64,000 nt of DNA from NCBI RefSeq assembly GCF_048593235.1, contig NC_133618.1, positions 304,507,882 through 304,571,881 on the forward strand, in the 5' to 3' direction. The notes below the pieces were generated by a model. It searched no databases. It saw nothing but the letters and a program-made list of their open reading frames with translations, and was not told the DNA's origin. How positions within the stretch are numbered: position 1 is the stretch's first letter; every line of letters starts with the position of its first letter. Shown piece by piece: positions 26,161 through 39,179 of this stretch. This DNA comes from Sminthopsis crassicaudata (taxonomy: Eukaryota). Position numbers and translations under genes: made by a program.

Positions 26161-26289
26161 TTTTATATATATTATATATATATATATGTAAACATTTGAA
26201 AAAAAAATTTTTTGGTTATCACTCATGAAAACAGAATGTTGTCTTAAACACATTTCTCATTATTTATCTGAGAAGGAAGATAGATGGCT
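26161..26289 (+). repeat. Local duplication, copy 2 (probable donor)
   Basis: Same sequence as 25176-25307, with about 4 substitutions and a small A/T-run indel. Confidence 0.95.
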
Positions 26290-26430
26290 CATTAAATAGA
26301 GCATTGGATCTAGAGTCAGAAAGACAAATTTAAATCTGGTTCCAGATAATTTCTAGTTGTGTTATTTCAGTTATATCTATAAAGTGTTTTGTAAACTTTA
26401 AAGCACAATACATATATTATTTTTATAAAT
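26273..26430 (+). mobile_element. MIR/MAR1-type SINE (internally deleted)
   Basis: Head AGGAAGATAGATGGCTCATTAAATAGAGCATTGGATCTAGAGTCAGAAAGAC and tail GTGTTTTGTAAACTTTAAAGCAC. Confidence 0.65.
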
Positions 26431-26739
26431 ATGATTCACATTCAGTCCAGCCAGTCTAGTTTTCTTTTATGTTATCTTCATCATTTTTGATTTGAAGATT
26501 GATGAACAATTACTTAAATGGTCGCTTTCCTTGTCCATAAGATTTTTATAGTTTTCTATACTTTAAATATTATTCTATTATACTTTGAACCCAAATGTAT
26601 TTCCAGATAACCAAAACAAAATGATCAGAAATATATCTGACTAGCCATAAACGCAACTAATTAATTAACAAAAGCAATAGGGAACTAGTCAAAAGTATAA
26701 AGATGATGGTAAAAGAGGCTGCAGATTATGGGTGCAGTA

Positions 26740-26950
26740 CATTAGTCAATCACATTTATTAAGGACTTACTGTGTGCTAGGCACTGTTCTAAGTATCTAA
26801 GAAACAAATAAGGACCAAAAAAAATTAACAATAATAATCCCTTACTTCAGGAAGCATACATTCTAATGGAGAAGAAAATATTTAAATAGCTAAATATGTA
26901 GAAGATATTTACAGATAAATGAATATAATAATGCTTAGCATATAGTAAGC
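26740..26950 (-). mobile_element. L2 3' tail
   Basis: TCAATCACATTTATTAAGGACTTACTGTGTGCTAGGCACTGTTCTAAG. Confidence 0.7.
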
Positions 26951-27894
26951 ATAAGTGATTCTTGATTGATAAATCTGAGAAACACAAAATCTTACAAAAG
27001 ATTAAAGATTGTTTATTTGTTTACTGTTAGGTTTTCTTTTAATTTGGAATTAATGTATAAACACTCACAGTCATGCACAGAAAAATTTCTAAATAGGCAG
27101 ACTCAGGTCTTAAGATATAAAAGTAGCTTGGCAAGTCTTGGTTGAAATCAAAATGGACAAAATAAGCAAAACCCCAGAAAATAATGACTATTCAGAGAAA
27201 CAACTACAACGGGGTGTCACTTGAAAGCTTAAAAAACAAACATACAATTGGGAAGGAAGAGTTACCTACCTCTCTAGTAGAATTGGGGGTTAGAGGTATA
27301 ATAAGCACTTATCTAACTGAAAGTGCTACTTAGAAGGAAAAAAAAAAAAAACAAAAACAAACAAACAAACAACAAAAAAAAAAAACCAGGAAAACTCTCC
27401 TCATGACCCAGACCATTCCATCTGAACTTTTCAATGGCAATAATGTGTAGTTTGGGTTGTCCTGTCATGACTAATGAAGCACAAGAGAGCCCTCAATCAC
27501 AAAATGGCAAAAATAGAGTAGTCTATATTTCTGGGAATAGAAAAGGTCAACAAGAGGAGAATGGGACAAAGCAGCAGGAGAAGAGAAAATAGGGAAAGCA
27601 ATTTGCCTATTTGTATGGTCAGATGTACATAGAAAACATAATAGAACTTATATCATAAGGTCTTCCTACTGTCTTATGCTGTTTTTTTTTTTTTTGTTTG
27701 TTTTTTTAATTTTAAGCCATTCCCTAGTGTCCAGGTTTCTGAAGGGAATAGTTAGCTCTCACATTGTCTGTAGTTGTGTCATCCAAATAGAACATTAGTT
27801 CTTTAAGGGTGGGGAATGTTGCCTATATGTATTGTTTTGGGTGGTATTATTTTCATTATTTCCCTTTTTTATATATCTAGGTAGATGATTGCAC

Positions 27895-28110
27895 AAATCT
27901 CCAGACTTAAAATCAGGAAGGAACTGAAATACAAATCCAACCTCACACACTTACTGGCTAAGTGATCATGGGCAACTCACAACTTCTACATGGTTCAGTT
28001 TCCTCACCTATTAAATACAGATATTAATAGCATCTAACTTCCAAGATATAGTGGACTAATACTTGTTAATTGCTTTACAAATCATAAATTTTATACAAAT
28101 GTTATATTGT
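27895..28110 (+). mobile_element. MIR
   Basis: CACTTACTGGCTAAGTGATCATGGGCAA...CAGTTTCCTCACCTATTAAAT...TAATAGCATCT. Confidence 0.65.
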
Positions 28111-28684
28111 CATTATTAATTGTACCAGTAGATTCCCAACATATATACAGTAGCTACCTAACAAAATTCTTTTTGAATTAAATATAACTGCCCTATACAG
28201 ATGCTTCTTCATGATAGAAAAACTTTTTTTTTTTAAATGATTAAATCCTGCCAGTTGTCCTAAATCAATAAAAAGCATGAAGTCTGGTGATACACTATAA
28301 GTCTACTAAAATCTCATTACCCAATGGCGACCAGAGATAAGATCATTTTGTATTATGATGACTCCTCAGATTACCTACCAAGGAATTCAGGAAATTTCAA
28401 GCTGGAGCTATGAAAAGAAAGCATATCTTCGCTATTAAAAGCACAATACTCAAGTGTGTGATGTAGAATGAACTGTATTCATAACAATGAAAACAAAAAG
28501 GAAGGAGTTAGATGTAAGAGGGCAATTTGAGGGGGAAAAAAAATCCAGATAACATGGAAGGGAGCTGTGGTCTAGTTCGAATTTCCTGAGAAATGCTGGA
28601 AAAGTTCTAAGGATTACCATCTTGGATAACTTTTTTCTTCACTCTAGTGGCTGTCCAACTTGTTTAAAATGTTTAGTCATTGAT

Positions 28685-28925
28685 TAGTTGGTGCCACAGT
28701 AGATATAGCACTATCCTGGAGTCAAAAAGACCTGAGTTCAAATATTATCTCGGACAATTACTATCTGTATAAACCTGGGCAGGATAGTTGACCTATGCTT
28801 GCCCCAGTTTCCTCGACTCCAAAATTGGGACACTGAAGAAGGAAATGGCAAATCACTCCAGTATCTTTACCAAGAAATACATACAACTACATGCATGGAG
28901 TCATGAAGAGTCAGACAAACAGCAA
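28685..28925 (+). mobile_element. MAR1-type SINE
   Basis: B box GAGTTCAAAT, core CCCAGTTTCCTC and tail GAAGGAAATGGCAAATCACTCCAGTATCTTTACCAAGAAA...CATGGAGTCATGAAGAGTCAGAC. Confidence 0.8.
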
Positions 28926-30899
28926 GAAAGATGCAAGAGATAATGTAAAGAATAATTAACAAGATTTGGTTTGATTTTTGGAGGTAAGAAGTGGAAGACA
29001 GAAAAATCATGCTAAGTTTTTAATCATGAAGAAAATATGAGTAATATAAATTGAAAAATTATGGACAGATTTTTGTGAAGAAATATGAATATATTTTTGG
29101 ACAAAGGATTATAAGTATGATAGATTGAGAATCAGAAGAGAACTTTGTAGCTATCTTATCAAATCTCCTCTTTTTTTTTCTTTGAGGAAATTGATGCTTA
29201 ATGAATTTATATGTTTTGCCTCCAAAACAAAATTGGTAAATGTAAATGGCACAATTTGATCCCAGGTTTTCTAGACTCTAAAATCAATAATCTGTCTACT
29301 TTTCAAATTTTTACATTATAACATGAGTGGAAAGAACTTTGTAACAAATAGCTTTGTTGAAGTTTTCTCCAGTGTATCACATTGTTTTGAAGTCATTCCA
29401 TTGGAGCAGATCACAACTCATGCAGACTGGCCTATGCTATTCAAATCTTGCCCTTTTCTTTATATAAACCACTAAATTCTAGGTTCCTCTCTATAGATCT
29501 CTAGACATGTATGTAAAATAGTGAAACCAAAAGAGAAAAAATGATTTTTTTTAATGTATTTTTAGTGTAGGAAGAAATCATTTAATAAGCTTAAGTATCA
29601 ATATCAAAAAGAAATACAATGGATACTAGGTAAAAAATATTTTATAGGTCTGTGGAGAACATAGAAAAATTATAAAACAATAAAGCTGGAAAAAACAATG
29701 ATAGATAAAATAAGTAGTGCTTAGTGCTTTATTTTCTGCATGCTTATTTTTTCAGTGGCCAATAAATAAATTAGTTATTTTCAAATAATTTGGTAGAATG
29801 CTTTCTTAGTTGAGTTCTAACACCGTACATCTAGTAACAGTTCCAACTGACTTTGTGGTGATTTGTGCTACTATTATAAAATAGGCACTATTTGTAAGAT
29901 AACTCTTAATTTCAATAGAAGAATTTATTGCTTCAATAAAAAAGAAAGCCTCCAAGGACCACTGATTCTGCTATATTGAAGGAAGAAAAAATAATAAAAA
30001 TTTTGGTGTTTTGTACAACTAGGTTATTGTCCCAACCAGAAGAATGGGAGAAAACAGACAAATAGTTCAAAATATTAATAAAGGAAATGCAGCCTAAGGG
30101 GCTATAATATAAAATAAGAGGGAAGAGCATTTAGTTTGCAGAAATAAAAAGCAACAATATTTTTGAGGCTAGAAGCTAGAGGCTATTTGATTGATGTTTT
30201 ATTATAGGAATATGAACTGGATTTCTTACCAATACTCTAGTAAATTATTGGGTGAAACCACATCCCTGTAGACACTGAGCACTTTGCTTGCTTTGCTTGA
30301 ATGTTTGCATATTGATATGAAGCAGAATTTAATTTACACACTTGGTATTTTTCAGGAACTTCAAGATCATTCTCTCTAGATAATCCTTGTGTTCTCAGAA
30401 GTAAAAACTGATCAGCAATATTTATATATACAATCTTTTTATTTCTATTTACACAAATGTTTAATGCTAATTCCTTTCATGGAATCATTTAGCATGGAAG
30501 TGACAATGGATTCTCAAAGTCTATGCCTAATGGAGCCAAGATTGGATAAGATCTAACAATTTGAAAAGACTTTGAAGAGGAATCCAGTGATGGACATGGT
30601 ATATGCTCAAGGAAAGGCTGATCATCAGAGGACTGGATACCTTATGATTAAATGCTTTGATCATAGTAACACAACAGCATCTAGTAAGGCATGAGAGCAT
30701 TGTGACTTTTACTGGTAAAGAAACTATTTAAATTTATGAAATCAGAGGTGTTTTGAACTATTCATCAAAAGTGCCAAAAGCAAATAAAAAATCCACTAAC
30801 GTAGTGGTATTCAAGTAGTACCACTAAAATAGTGGTAGTTGTTATAAAGTAGTGAAGGCTACTGAAGGATTACTGAAAATTTATCACTTAAGAATGTAT

Positions 30900-31620
30900 A
30901 AAATTAAAAATTATATGAAAAGATATCATTTAGTCCAGAAGTCTCAATATTCTGTCTATATCCCAAAGAGATAATAAAAATGGGAAAGGACTCCACATAT
31001 GCAAACATTTTTTAAAGCAATTCTTTTTCTAGTGGCAAAGAATTGGAAATTGAATGACTGCCCATCAGTTGAGGAATGGCTGAATAAGCTATGTTATATA
31101 AAACTAATGAAATATTATTGTTCTGTAAGAAATAATGAGCAGACTGGTTTTAGAAAAGGCTGGGGGAAAATTATATGAACTGATGCTGAATAAAGTGAGC
31201 AGAATCAGGAATACATTGTACACAGTAAGAACAAGATCATATGATGATCAACTATGATGACTTGGTTCTTCTCAACAATGCAGAGAGTCAGGGCATTTCC
31301 ATTAGACTTGAGATGGAATTGTCAACTGCATTCAGAGAAAAAATTATGGAGACTGAATGTGGATCATGGCACCTTTTTCACCTTTTTAAAATTTTTTCTT
31401 GTGCTTTTTTTTCCTTTTTATCTGATTTTTCTTGTAAAACATGACAAATATGGAAATATGTTTAAAAGGATTGCATATATTTAAGCTATATCATTTTGCT
31501 TGCTGTCTTGGGGAGGGGTAAGATAAAGGAGTTAGGTAGAAAATTTTAGAACACCAAAACTTTACAAAAATTGAAAAATATTTTTACACATATTTGGAAA
31601 AATAAAATACTATTTAAACT
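30900..31620 (+). mobile_element. L1 ORF2 end plus 3' UTR
   Basis: CTATATCCCAAAGAGATAATAAAAATGGGAAAGG...GGCAAAGAATTGGAAATTG...CCCATCAGTTGAGGAATGGCTGAATAAG, ending AAAATAAAATACTATT. Confidence 0.85.
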
Positions 31621-31646
31621 GATATGAAAAGAATTATACTTTAGAT

Positions 31647-31821
31647 CAGAGCTTCTTAAACTTTTTCCACTTGCAATCCCTTTTTGCCAGAGAAATTTTT
31701 ATGTGAACCCAGGTATATAGATATACAAATCAAACATTTACTGATAATAAATCATTATTTTGCCATATATTCAGTTATATGACTCCACATGGAGTTGTGA
31801 ATCACTATTTAATAAACTTTG
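31647..31821. mobile_element. hAT-Charlie-type MITE
   Basis: Imperfect TIRs CAGAGCTTCTTAAA / TTTAATAAACTTTG. The 8-bp flanks CTTTAGAT / CATTGGAT match 6/8. Same family as 46758-46907. Confidence 0.65.
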
Positions 31822-32488
31822 CATTGGATTATCTTGTTTTTAACTATTCTCAATAAATAACTGAACATAAAAGTTAACTTGACTTGTGTATGTTGTCTTA
31901 TGACAGTAATTACATTTAGCAGGATAGAGCACTGGGAAGAATATATTAGATTTTAATTCAATTCATTACAATTTATAATGAAGTAGTGATTTAGATTCAA
32001 GATATTGAGTTGGGTAACAAAAATGCAAATGTCCTGAAGAAAACAAGATATATATGTCAATAGATAGATGATAGAAAGATGGATAGATAGATAAATGTGT
32101 GTGTATGTGTGTATTGCAAACTGCTGTAAAAAGAAAGAAGGGACAACCAAATTGAGGGGATTAAGAAAAGTTTCAAGAAGAAGATGGTATTTGATTTCAT
32201 CCTAGGATATAGGTAGGATTTTCAGGAGGAAGAAGTTAGCAGTTCTGGGAGAGCATTTAGTTTCAAGTTAGAGTGAGAACACACACAAAGGATTCTCTTT
32301 GAGTCAAGACTTTATTTCTCAAAAGTAGGTGGGACAAATAGCATAAGTAACTAAATTGGCGATTAAGGTGAGGGAGAAGAAAGCTTGTATGTCATAATTC
32401 TGGATCTAAACTATGTTTAGGAATGCTAAAATTGCTATAGAAATGCAGTGGTTGTTAAAAACAATATCTTTTTAAAAAAGTAGCCTAG

Positions 32489-32623
32489 TGGGGCAGCTAG
32501 GTGGTACAGTGGATAGAGCACCAGCCTTGAATTCAGGAGGACCTGAGTTCAAATCTGATCTCAGACACTTAACACTTCCTAGCTGTGTGACCCTGGGCAA
32601 GTCACTTAACCCCAGCCTCAGGG

Positions 32624-32651
<28 letters not shown>
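32489..32651 (+). mobile_element. Young full-length WSINE1-type SINE
   Basis: Pol III A box TGGTACAGTGG (32502-32512), B box GTTCAAATC (32547-32555), pure A28 tail, perfect 15-bp TSD AAAAAAGTAGCCTAG (32474-32488 and 32646-32660) and a TTTT/AAAA L1-endonuclease site. Confidence 0.95.
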
Positions 32652-32654
<3 letters not shown>

Positions 32655-32929
32655 GCCTAGCCACAGAATCTACTGAAAACAGAAATAGTCAAAAGATAAA
32701 TGTGCTTGCCTGGATTCAAGGAGTAGTTGCTTGGGAAGCATTCCTTTTGTGGTTTTAGCAAGTTTAAACATGCTTATAGTGATGATTTTAGAAAATGCTT
32801 ATTTCAGTAATTTTCATAGAATAACCTTGGACCCATAAGTCAGGGTCCAACATGCCCTCTAGTAGAGTATTCCCAAAATAGTATGGAGATTAAAGACAGA
32901 ATATCACTTAGAGAAACAAAAAGTAGGTT

Positions 32930-33285
32930 AGGTTAGCTAAAATATAGTATTTGTGAAAGATAATGTGAAATCAAACTGGAAAGATAAGTTAATGACAAAT
33001 TGTGAGGTGCTTCTATGTATTTAATGATAGGAGCAATAAGGGATTATTAGAGTTTGATTCAAGAGAGTGATATGCTCAAATCTATGAAGAAAGAAAAAAT
33101 ATTTGATAGCTATATGGAGAATAAATTAGTGAAAGTGTAGGGTGAGATTATAACTTGGAAACTATAGTCTGGGAAATCAATCTGGACACGATTGGAATTT
33201 TCATGGACAGAGGTAATAGGAACTGAACTTACATTGTTTTATGAGTGGAAGGAAGGGGATAGCTATGAGATATGGGTGATGATCC
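32930..33285 (-). mobile_element. L2 fragment
   Basis: Purine-rich reversed L2 pattern (GGAGCAATAAGGGATTATTAGAGTTTG...GAGAGTGATATGCTCAAATCT). Confidence 0.5.
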
Positions 33286-33484
33286 CTTAGAAGACTCTAC
33301 ATAGTATGTTTTAATTATGGATAATTTAAAAATATACTCTTTCTTGCAAAGTACTGAGCCTTCTGTTCTCATATATAATTCTTAAAGCTTGGATTCACTT
33401 CCTTTAATTTTCTTTTATAATCTTTTAATAACCATATGTTTTCCCACCAAGTTATAAGGGAGACTTTTTTTTAATAAAATGGGA

Positions 33485-33667
33485 NNNNNNNNNNNNNNNN
33501 NNNNNNNNNNNNNNNNNNNNNNNNNNNNNNNNNNNNNNNNNNNNNNNNNNNNNNNNNNNNNNNNNNNNNNNNNNNNNNNNNNNNNNNNNNNNNNNNNNNN
33601 NNNNNNNNNNNNNNNNNNNNNNNNNNNNNNNNNNNNNNNNNNNNNNNNNNNNNNNNNNNNNNNNNNN
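33485..33667. other. Assembly gap (183 N)
   Basis: N run. Confidence 1.
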
Positions 33668-34129
33668 TTGAGTAAATCAAAATTAAAGGAACAATATTAA
33701 AGGAAAGTAGTTGAAAGCATCACTACCTTTCTACTATATATTTCCATCTGAATGTCCTGTATACCTGTCAAATTTTACATGTTTAAGAGGGAATTTTTTT
33801 TTAACCATTTCAATACCTATCTTTCTAACTTTCTTTTGTTCTGTAGTACTATATTTTTTGTTTACCTAGTATCACAATCAGTTTCAAAGTCTTTTTCAGT
33901 TCTATATCTGTGACATATCTCATCATCTTCTAAGGGATCATAATTTTCCATGAGAAACAGACCAAAGACAAAATAAAGTATGTTAAAATATTACTTTAGA
34001 CAAAGAAAAGATCTTGTCTGAAAGTCAAATGCCATGAATAGCAGGAAAAGCATAAACAAATATTGTATATGATTTACTCTCAGTCAAAGGTATGTTCCAG
34101 AATTCTGTTTTAGTCTATCTAAAAAAAAC

Positions 34130-34765
34130 CCAAATAATCAAAAAACTAACTTATATGAATTCATACTAAGTGAAATGAGCAGACCCAGGAAATCATCATA
34201 CATGGCAACAACAGGACTATATGATGATCAGTTCTGATGAACGTGGCTCTCTTCAACAATGAATTAATTCAGACCAGTTCCAATTGTTCAGTAATGAAGA
34301 GAGCCATGCATGCCCAGGGAGAGGACAGTGGAAACTGAGTATGGATCACAACATAGCATTTTCTCTCTATTGTTGTTTGCTTGCATTTTTGTTTTCCTTC
34401 TCAGGTTTGTTTTTTTGATTTTTTGGGTTTTTTTGATTTTTTGGTTTTTTTTCTAGAACCGATTTTTCTTGTGAAGCNNNNNNNNNNNNNNNNNNNNNNN
34501 NNNNNNNNNNNNNNNNNNNNNNNNNNNNNNNNNNNNNNNNNNNNNNNNNNNNNNNNNNNNNNNNNNNNNNNNNNNNNNNNNNNNNNNNNNNNNNNNNNNN
34601 NNNNNNNNNNNNNNNNNNNCATGTATTGGAATACCTGCCATCTTGGGGGGGGGAAGGAGAGGAAAATTTGGAACAGAAGATTTTGCAAGAGTCAGTTTTG
34701 AAAAATTATTTATACACATGTTTTGTAAATTAAAACTATAATAAAAATTAAAAATAATAATAAAA
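34130..34765 (+). mobile_element. L1 3' UTR spanning an assembly gap
   Basis: CTAAGTGAAATGAGCAGACCCAGGAAATCAT...GATGATCAGTTCTGATG...AATGAAGAGAGCCAT, resuming after the Ns with ATACCTGCCATCTTGGGGGG...GGAACAGAAGATTTTGCAAG. Confidence 0.85.
34478..34619. other. Assembly gap (142 N)
   Basis: N run. Confidence 1.
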
Positions 34766-34849
34766 AACTACAGGAATAATAAATGTTTTGAGGAGCAAAT
34801 CAGTTAATCAATAAACATTTATTTATTAAGCTTAATACATCTAACTGTT

Positions 34850-35090
34850 GAAATGAATAGAGCAGGCCCTAGAGTCAGAAAGACCTGAGTTCATTCTAAT
34901 TCTTACAATTTAAATTCTTACCAATTCCTATGTAAATCACCTAACCCCTCTATGCTTCAGTTTCTTCATCTATAAAATGGGCATAATTATATTTACCTTC
35001 CAGTATTGTTATGAGAATAAAATGAGATAATAATTTAAAGCACTTAATGTACTACTTAGTACAGAGTAAGCATTATATAAATATTATTGT
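34850..35090 (+). mobile_element. MIR
   Basis: GAATAGAGCAGGCCCTAGAGTCAGAAAGACCTGAGTTC...CTTCAGTTTCTTCATCTATAAAATGGG. Confidence 0.8.
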
Positions 35091-35279
35091 AATTTTATCA
35101 TATGCAATTTACTTTGCTAAGTGTTTAGCACTTAAAGAAAGGAGGGAAACACTATCCCTACTCTCAGGGAGTTCAGATCTTTTTGACAAAGACAGCATGC
35201 CAATAAAACTAAGCACCCACCAAAGATACAGAATAATTAAAAATAATTTCAGAGGGAAGTCATTTGAAAATTATTGCTA

Positions 35280-35670
35280 ATTGTAGGGATGTTCATCAGT
35301 TGGGTAATGGTTAAATAAGACATAGCATATGATTGCAACAGAATACTACTGTCCTTTTAAAAATGATAAACTCAATATTCATAGAAAAAAAACATAGAAC
35401 AACTTACAGAAAATGAAGTGAAATGAGCAGAACTAGAGAACGCTGTATAAAGTAACAGTAATATTGTTTTAAGAATGAATTTGAATGAATAAGTCCTTTT
35501 TCTTCAAATGTCCTTTATAATAAATTATTTTGTATTTATAACAAATACAAAATAATTTATTATATTTATAATAAATACAAAATAATTTACTATAAAGGAC
35601 ATATGAAGAAAAAGCATCTGCATCCAGAGAAAGATTTGAATTGATAAATAGAAGTATTTATAGAATAATT

Positions 35671-35708
<38 letters not shown>

Positions 35709-35920
35709 ACATATTTGTAATTAATGGTAGCCAACTCTAGGAAGGGAATGGGGGGAAGAAAAAAAAGAAATTTAAATGATAAATGTATTATATTTTTAAA
35801 AAGAATAGCAAGTTGCACACAATAAATTTGCATTTTCACATCAATCATCTTTTTTATTATGCTTTGCTACGAGAAATGCTTGTTTGATTTCATAAATTTT
35901 AAAAAATACTTTTTTTAAAT
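35280..35920 (+). mobile_element. Old L1 3' end
   Basis: TTCATCAGTTGGGTAATGGTTAAATAAG...GAAGTGAAATGAGCAGAACTAGAG...ATCTGCATCCAGAGAAAG. Confidence 0.7.
35676..35706. repeat. (TG)15 microsatellite
   Basis: Read directly from the sequence. Confidence 0.95.
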
Positions 35921-36279
35921 AGAAAAGTCAATGGAAGACCATTGCCTTTTGTAGATTGTGAGATCTGAGCTGTCTTGACGGTAGATCTGGAAGCCAGGAG
36001 GCAGAGAGGAGGGAAGAAAGCATTTTGATTATGGGGGACATTCTGTGAAATGGCATTAGCTTAAAAGGTAAGTGTTGTTCAAGTAACAGTAAGAATTCCA
36101 GTACCACTGGATAACTCTTAAGGAAATAAAGTATAAGAAGAGAAGACTAGCAAGGTAGGAAGGTGCAAGGTTGTAAAAGGCTTTAAAAGATAATATTATT
36201 TGGATACTGATGACAATAGGAAGCCAAAAGAGAATATTAAGTAGGCAGGTTACATAGTCAGAGTTGCTAAAAAAAAGTC

Positions 36280-37030
36280 CATATCCTCAAAAGAGAACTT
36301 GAAAACCACTAACAGCCATATGAAATAAAATTCCCAATTATTAATGATAAGAAAAATCTAAATCAAGAAAATTCAAACCCAACAAATTAACAAAGAATAA
36401 AAGAAGCAAATAGTCAATGTGAGAAAAAAAAAGTAAAAACAAACAAAAAAGAAAACACTAGTGCATTGTTGACTAGATGTGAATCAATAAAATGTTCCAA
36501 AAGCAATTTGGAACTATTCAAATAACATGAATAAAATGTTCAAATATGTTGATCCAAAGATTCCACTAATAAGCTTATACCTGAAGAAAAGAAAAGAAAG
36601 AAAGAAAAAAAGAGATCCCACATACTCCAAAATATTCATTGTAACACATTTTGTAGTAGCAAAGAACTGGAAACAAAGCAGATGTCTAGGTAATCACTAA
36701 ACACGTTGTGTTAAGAGAATAAAATAGATTTTTTACTATATCTTAAGAAATTATGAATATGAAGATTAGAAAAAAATGAGTTAACTTATGTAACATTATG
36801 AAGAATAAACAGAATGATACCCAGAAAAACAAAATACAAAAAAAGAAATAACTCCAACAAATGTAAATGAAAAGAAAAACAAACAACAAACCATATGCTT
36901 TAATGACTAAACTTGACTACAAAGTAAATGTAACAAAATGAATGCATTTGCCTACATTCTTTGCAGAGATAAAGGACTAAATATATAGCATATTTCATTT
37001 TTTATCAGATTTAGAGTATTGATGATTTTT
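36280..37030 (+). mobile_element. Old L1 ORF2 C-terminal and 3' remnant
   Basis: GTGCATTGTTG...GCAATTTGGAACTAT...GATCCAAAGATTCCACTA...GTAGTAGCAAAGAACTGGAAACAAAG. Confidence 0.65.
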
Positions 37031-39179
37031 ATCATCTTTCTTTTCAAATTATATGAATCAATGACCAGATTTTCATAATTATAATGGAATAGTGAAACTT
37101 TAATATATATGACCACTTTATGGTTTCATAATTTAAAATTTAAAATTCATAATTTGCATGAATTGGAACCTAACTAAAATATGAAATAGAGAAATTGTGT
37201 TGTCTCAAAAAAAAAAAAAGTCAAAATTAGTGTCTTCAGTGTCATCTAATTCTTTGACCTCAATTAAATAGATGAGGAAATGGTTCTTTCTCCAGTTATC
37301 TCAAAAAATATTTGTTCCCCTCAAAAATAAATTTTAAAAATGTTTAAGATAGAGAAGGAAGAAGTGAATAAGTCTTTATATAGCATCTGTTATATGCCAG
37401 GCACTGTACTAAATTTTTTCATAGTCTACATTCTTTGTGTATACTTAAAAAGAAACTTTAAACTAACTTCCATATTTTAGAAATACTTTTCCTGTAATTA
37501 GTTGCAATATATAAATAAATGCATTAGTAAGCATTTATTAAGTACATACTATTCATCATATTTGAAGGCAAGGAAGTTATATTCTTTTTACATAAATGAA
37601 AATTTACCTTTATACAGGCAGCATAGGGCACTATAACGAATAAACTTTTTATTTTGAAATGTGAGACTATTGTGTCAATTCAATTAGCCACATAGATAAG
37701 ACTCACATAATAAGACAATGTTTTGAAAATATGTTACCCAGGAAGACAGAAAACTCAAAAGTATAGATTGACATCTTGGTAAATAATATTAGGACTTTAG
37801 GAATTTCTCTAAGGTACCAATAGCCACTAATGGTTTGAAATTATGTTTTGAAACAGCATGATATCAACATCAGTAAATTATATCAATGTAATAATCAATC
37901 TCAGATACAGCAGACTAATAATGAGACATTCCCCTTCTCTCAGTAGAGTTCTGTGCATTAGCAGTGGCAGAATAAATTATGTACTATAAGACAAAGTCAG
38001 TGTTTGAGGTTATCTTGCTTGTTGTTACTAACAAAAAAAAAAAGCTTCTATTGAGAGAAGGAGAAATTGAGGGATCATTGTGATGTAAAAATATTAATAA
38101 AATATTTTTAACAAAGATTTGTTTTGCAAATCATAGGCCTATATGGGGAATAGGGGAGGTAATCAGTGAGTACCTGAAAGCCAATCTAGATTTTTAATAC
38201 CTCCAAATCAATTTTCAATTAATTTTACAAAACATTGTTACATTATCTCAAAGCAGAGAACAATTACATTAGAGTTTTAAATGTGGAAAATATGATAAAT
38301 TTCATTTTTTTTTAAATCAAGAATAAGGAAAATGGTTTGACATAATAACTTGTAGTTATTAGATGGAAGAGGGGGCAAAAAAGTCAAGCATACACGGGTT
38401 TTTGATTAATTTTTCATTAGAGATTTGATTAGTGCTTCGTATCCCTTGGTTTCTCCATTTTTTTAGTGGTTGGCATTGCACTACTATTTCTCCCAGGTTT
38501 CCATCCATATTTTAAATAAAATGTATATTTGGGAGAAATTTATTCTTGGCAAGATGGAAGTGGTGTGTTGATTTAACATTTTATATTAAGTAGAAGACTA
38601 TGGGGTAAGTAAATGGAAGAGTGAAATGTAATTCATAAATGGAAGTAATTAAAAATTAATGCTGCTTTTTACAGAAAACCAAGGAGGAAAATAAAATTTT
38701 ATGGGAACTTGTACTTTTTAACTTAAAGATGATATTTGTAGACTATAGGATTGTTAATCATGGATCTTTTTATGTATAATTCAACTTATCACCCCTTGCT
38801 TTGATACAGCATTGACTGATTCTCATTGTTTGACCATGACTATCAATGAAGAGAAGAATTTGCAGGCAAATCATTTAACTTCTGCCTGTTTCATTCAGTT
38901 ACCTCATTTATAAAATATAGATAATATTATTATGTAATTCCTGATATTGCTATGTGGATGAAGTAATATTTGTAAACTGCACCACAAACCTTAAAGCACT
39001 GTCATCTTCATTATTTATTATTATTGTTGTTTATATTGCACATTAGTGTACTATTGATGAAACTATGAAATGAACCACCTTCTACAGGAAATATATCTTG
39101 ATTCTCCTCAGTTGCTAGTGTCTCACTCCTTCTTCCTCTGGTACCATATAACTCTGTATTCTGTATATATTAATTTTTT

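Noticed and set aside
28369-29970. Minus-strand segments starting at 29970 and 28466 with strong acceptors and open frame 0
   Set aside because: The donors are ambiguous, the phases are incompatible with neighbouring candidates, and the peptides are unrecognised. Kept as possible pseudo-exons.
22970-34719. ORFs containing X runs (22970, 23083, 33471, 33479, 34381, 34401, 34453)
   Set aside because: They are open only because they cross N gaps.
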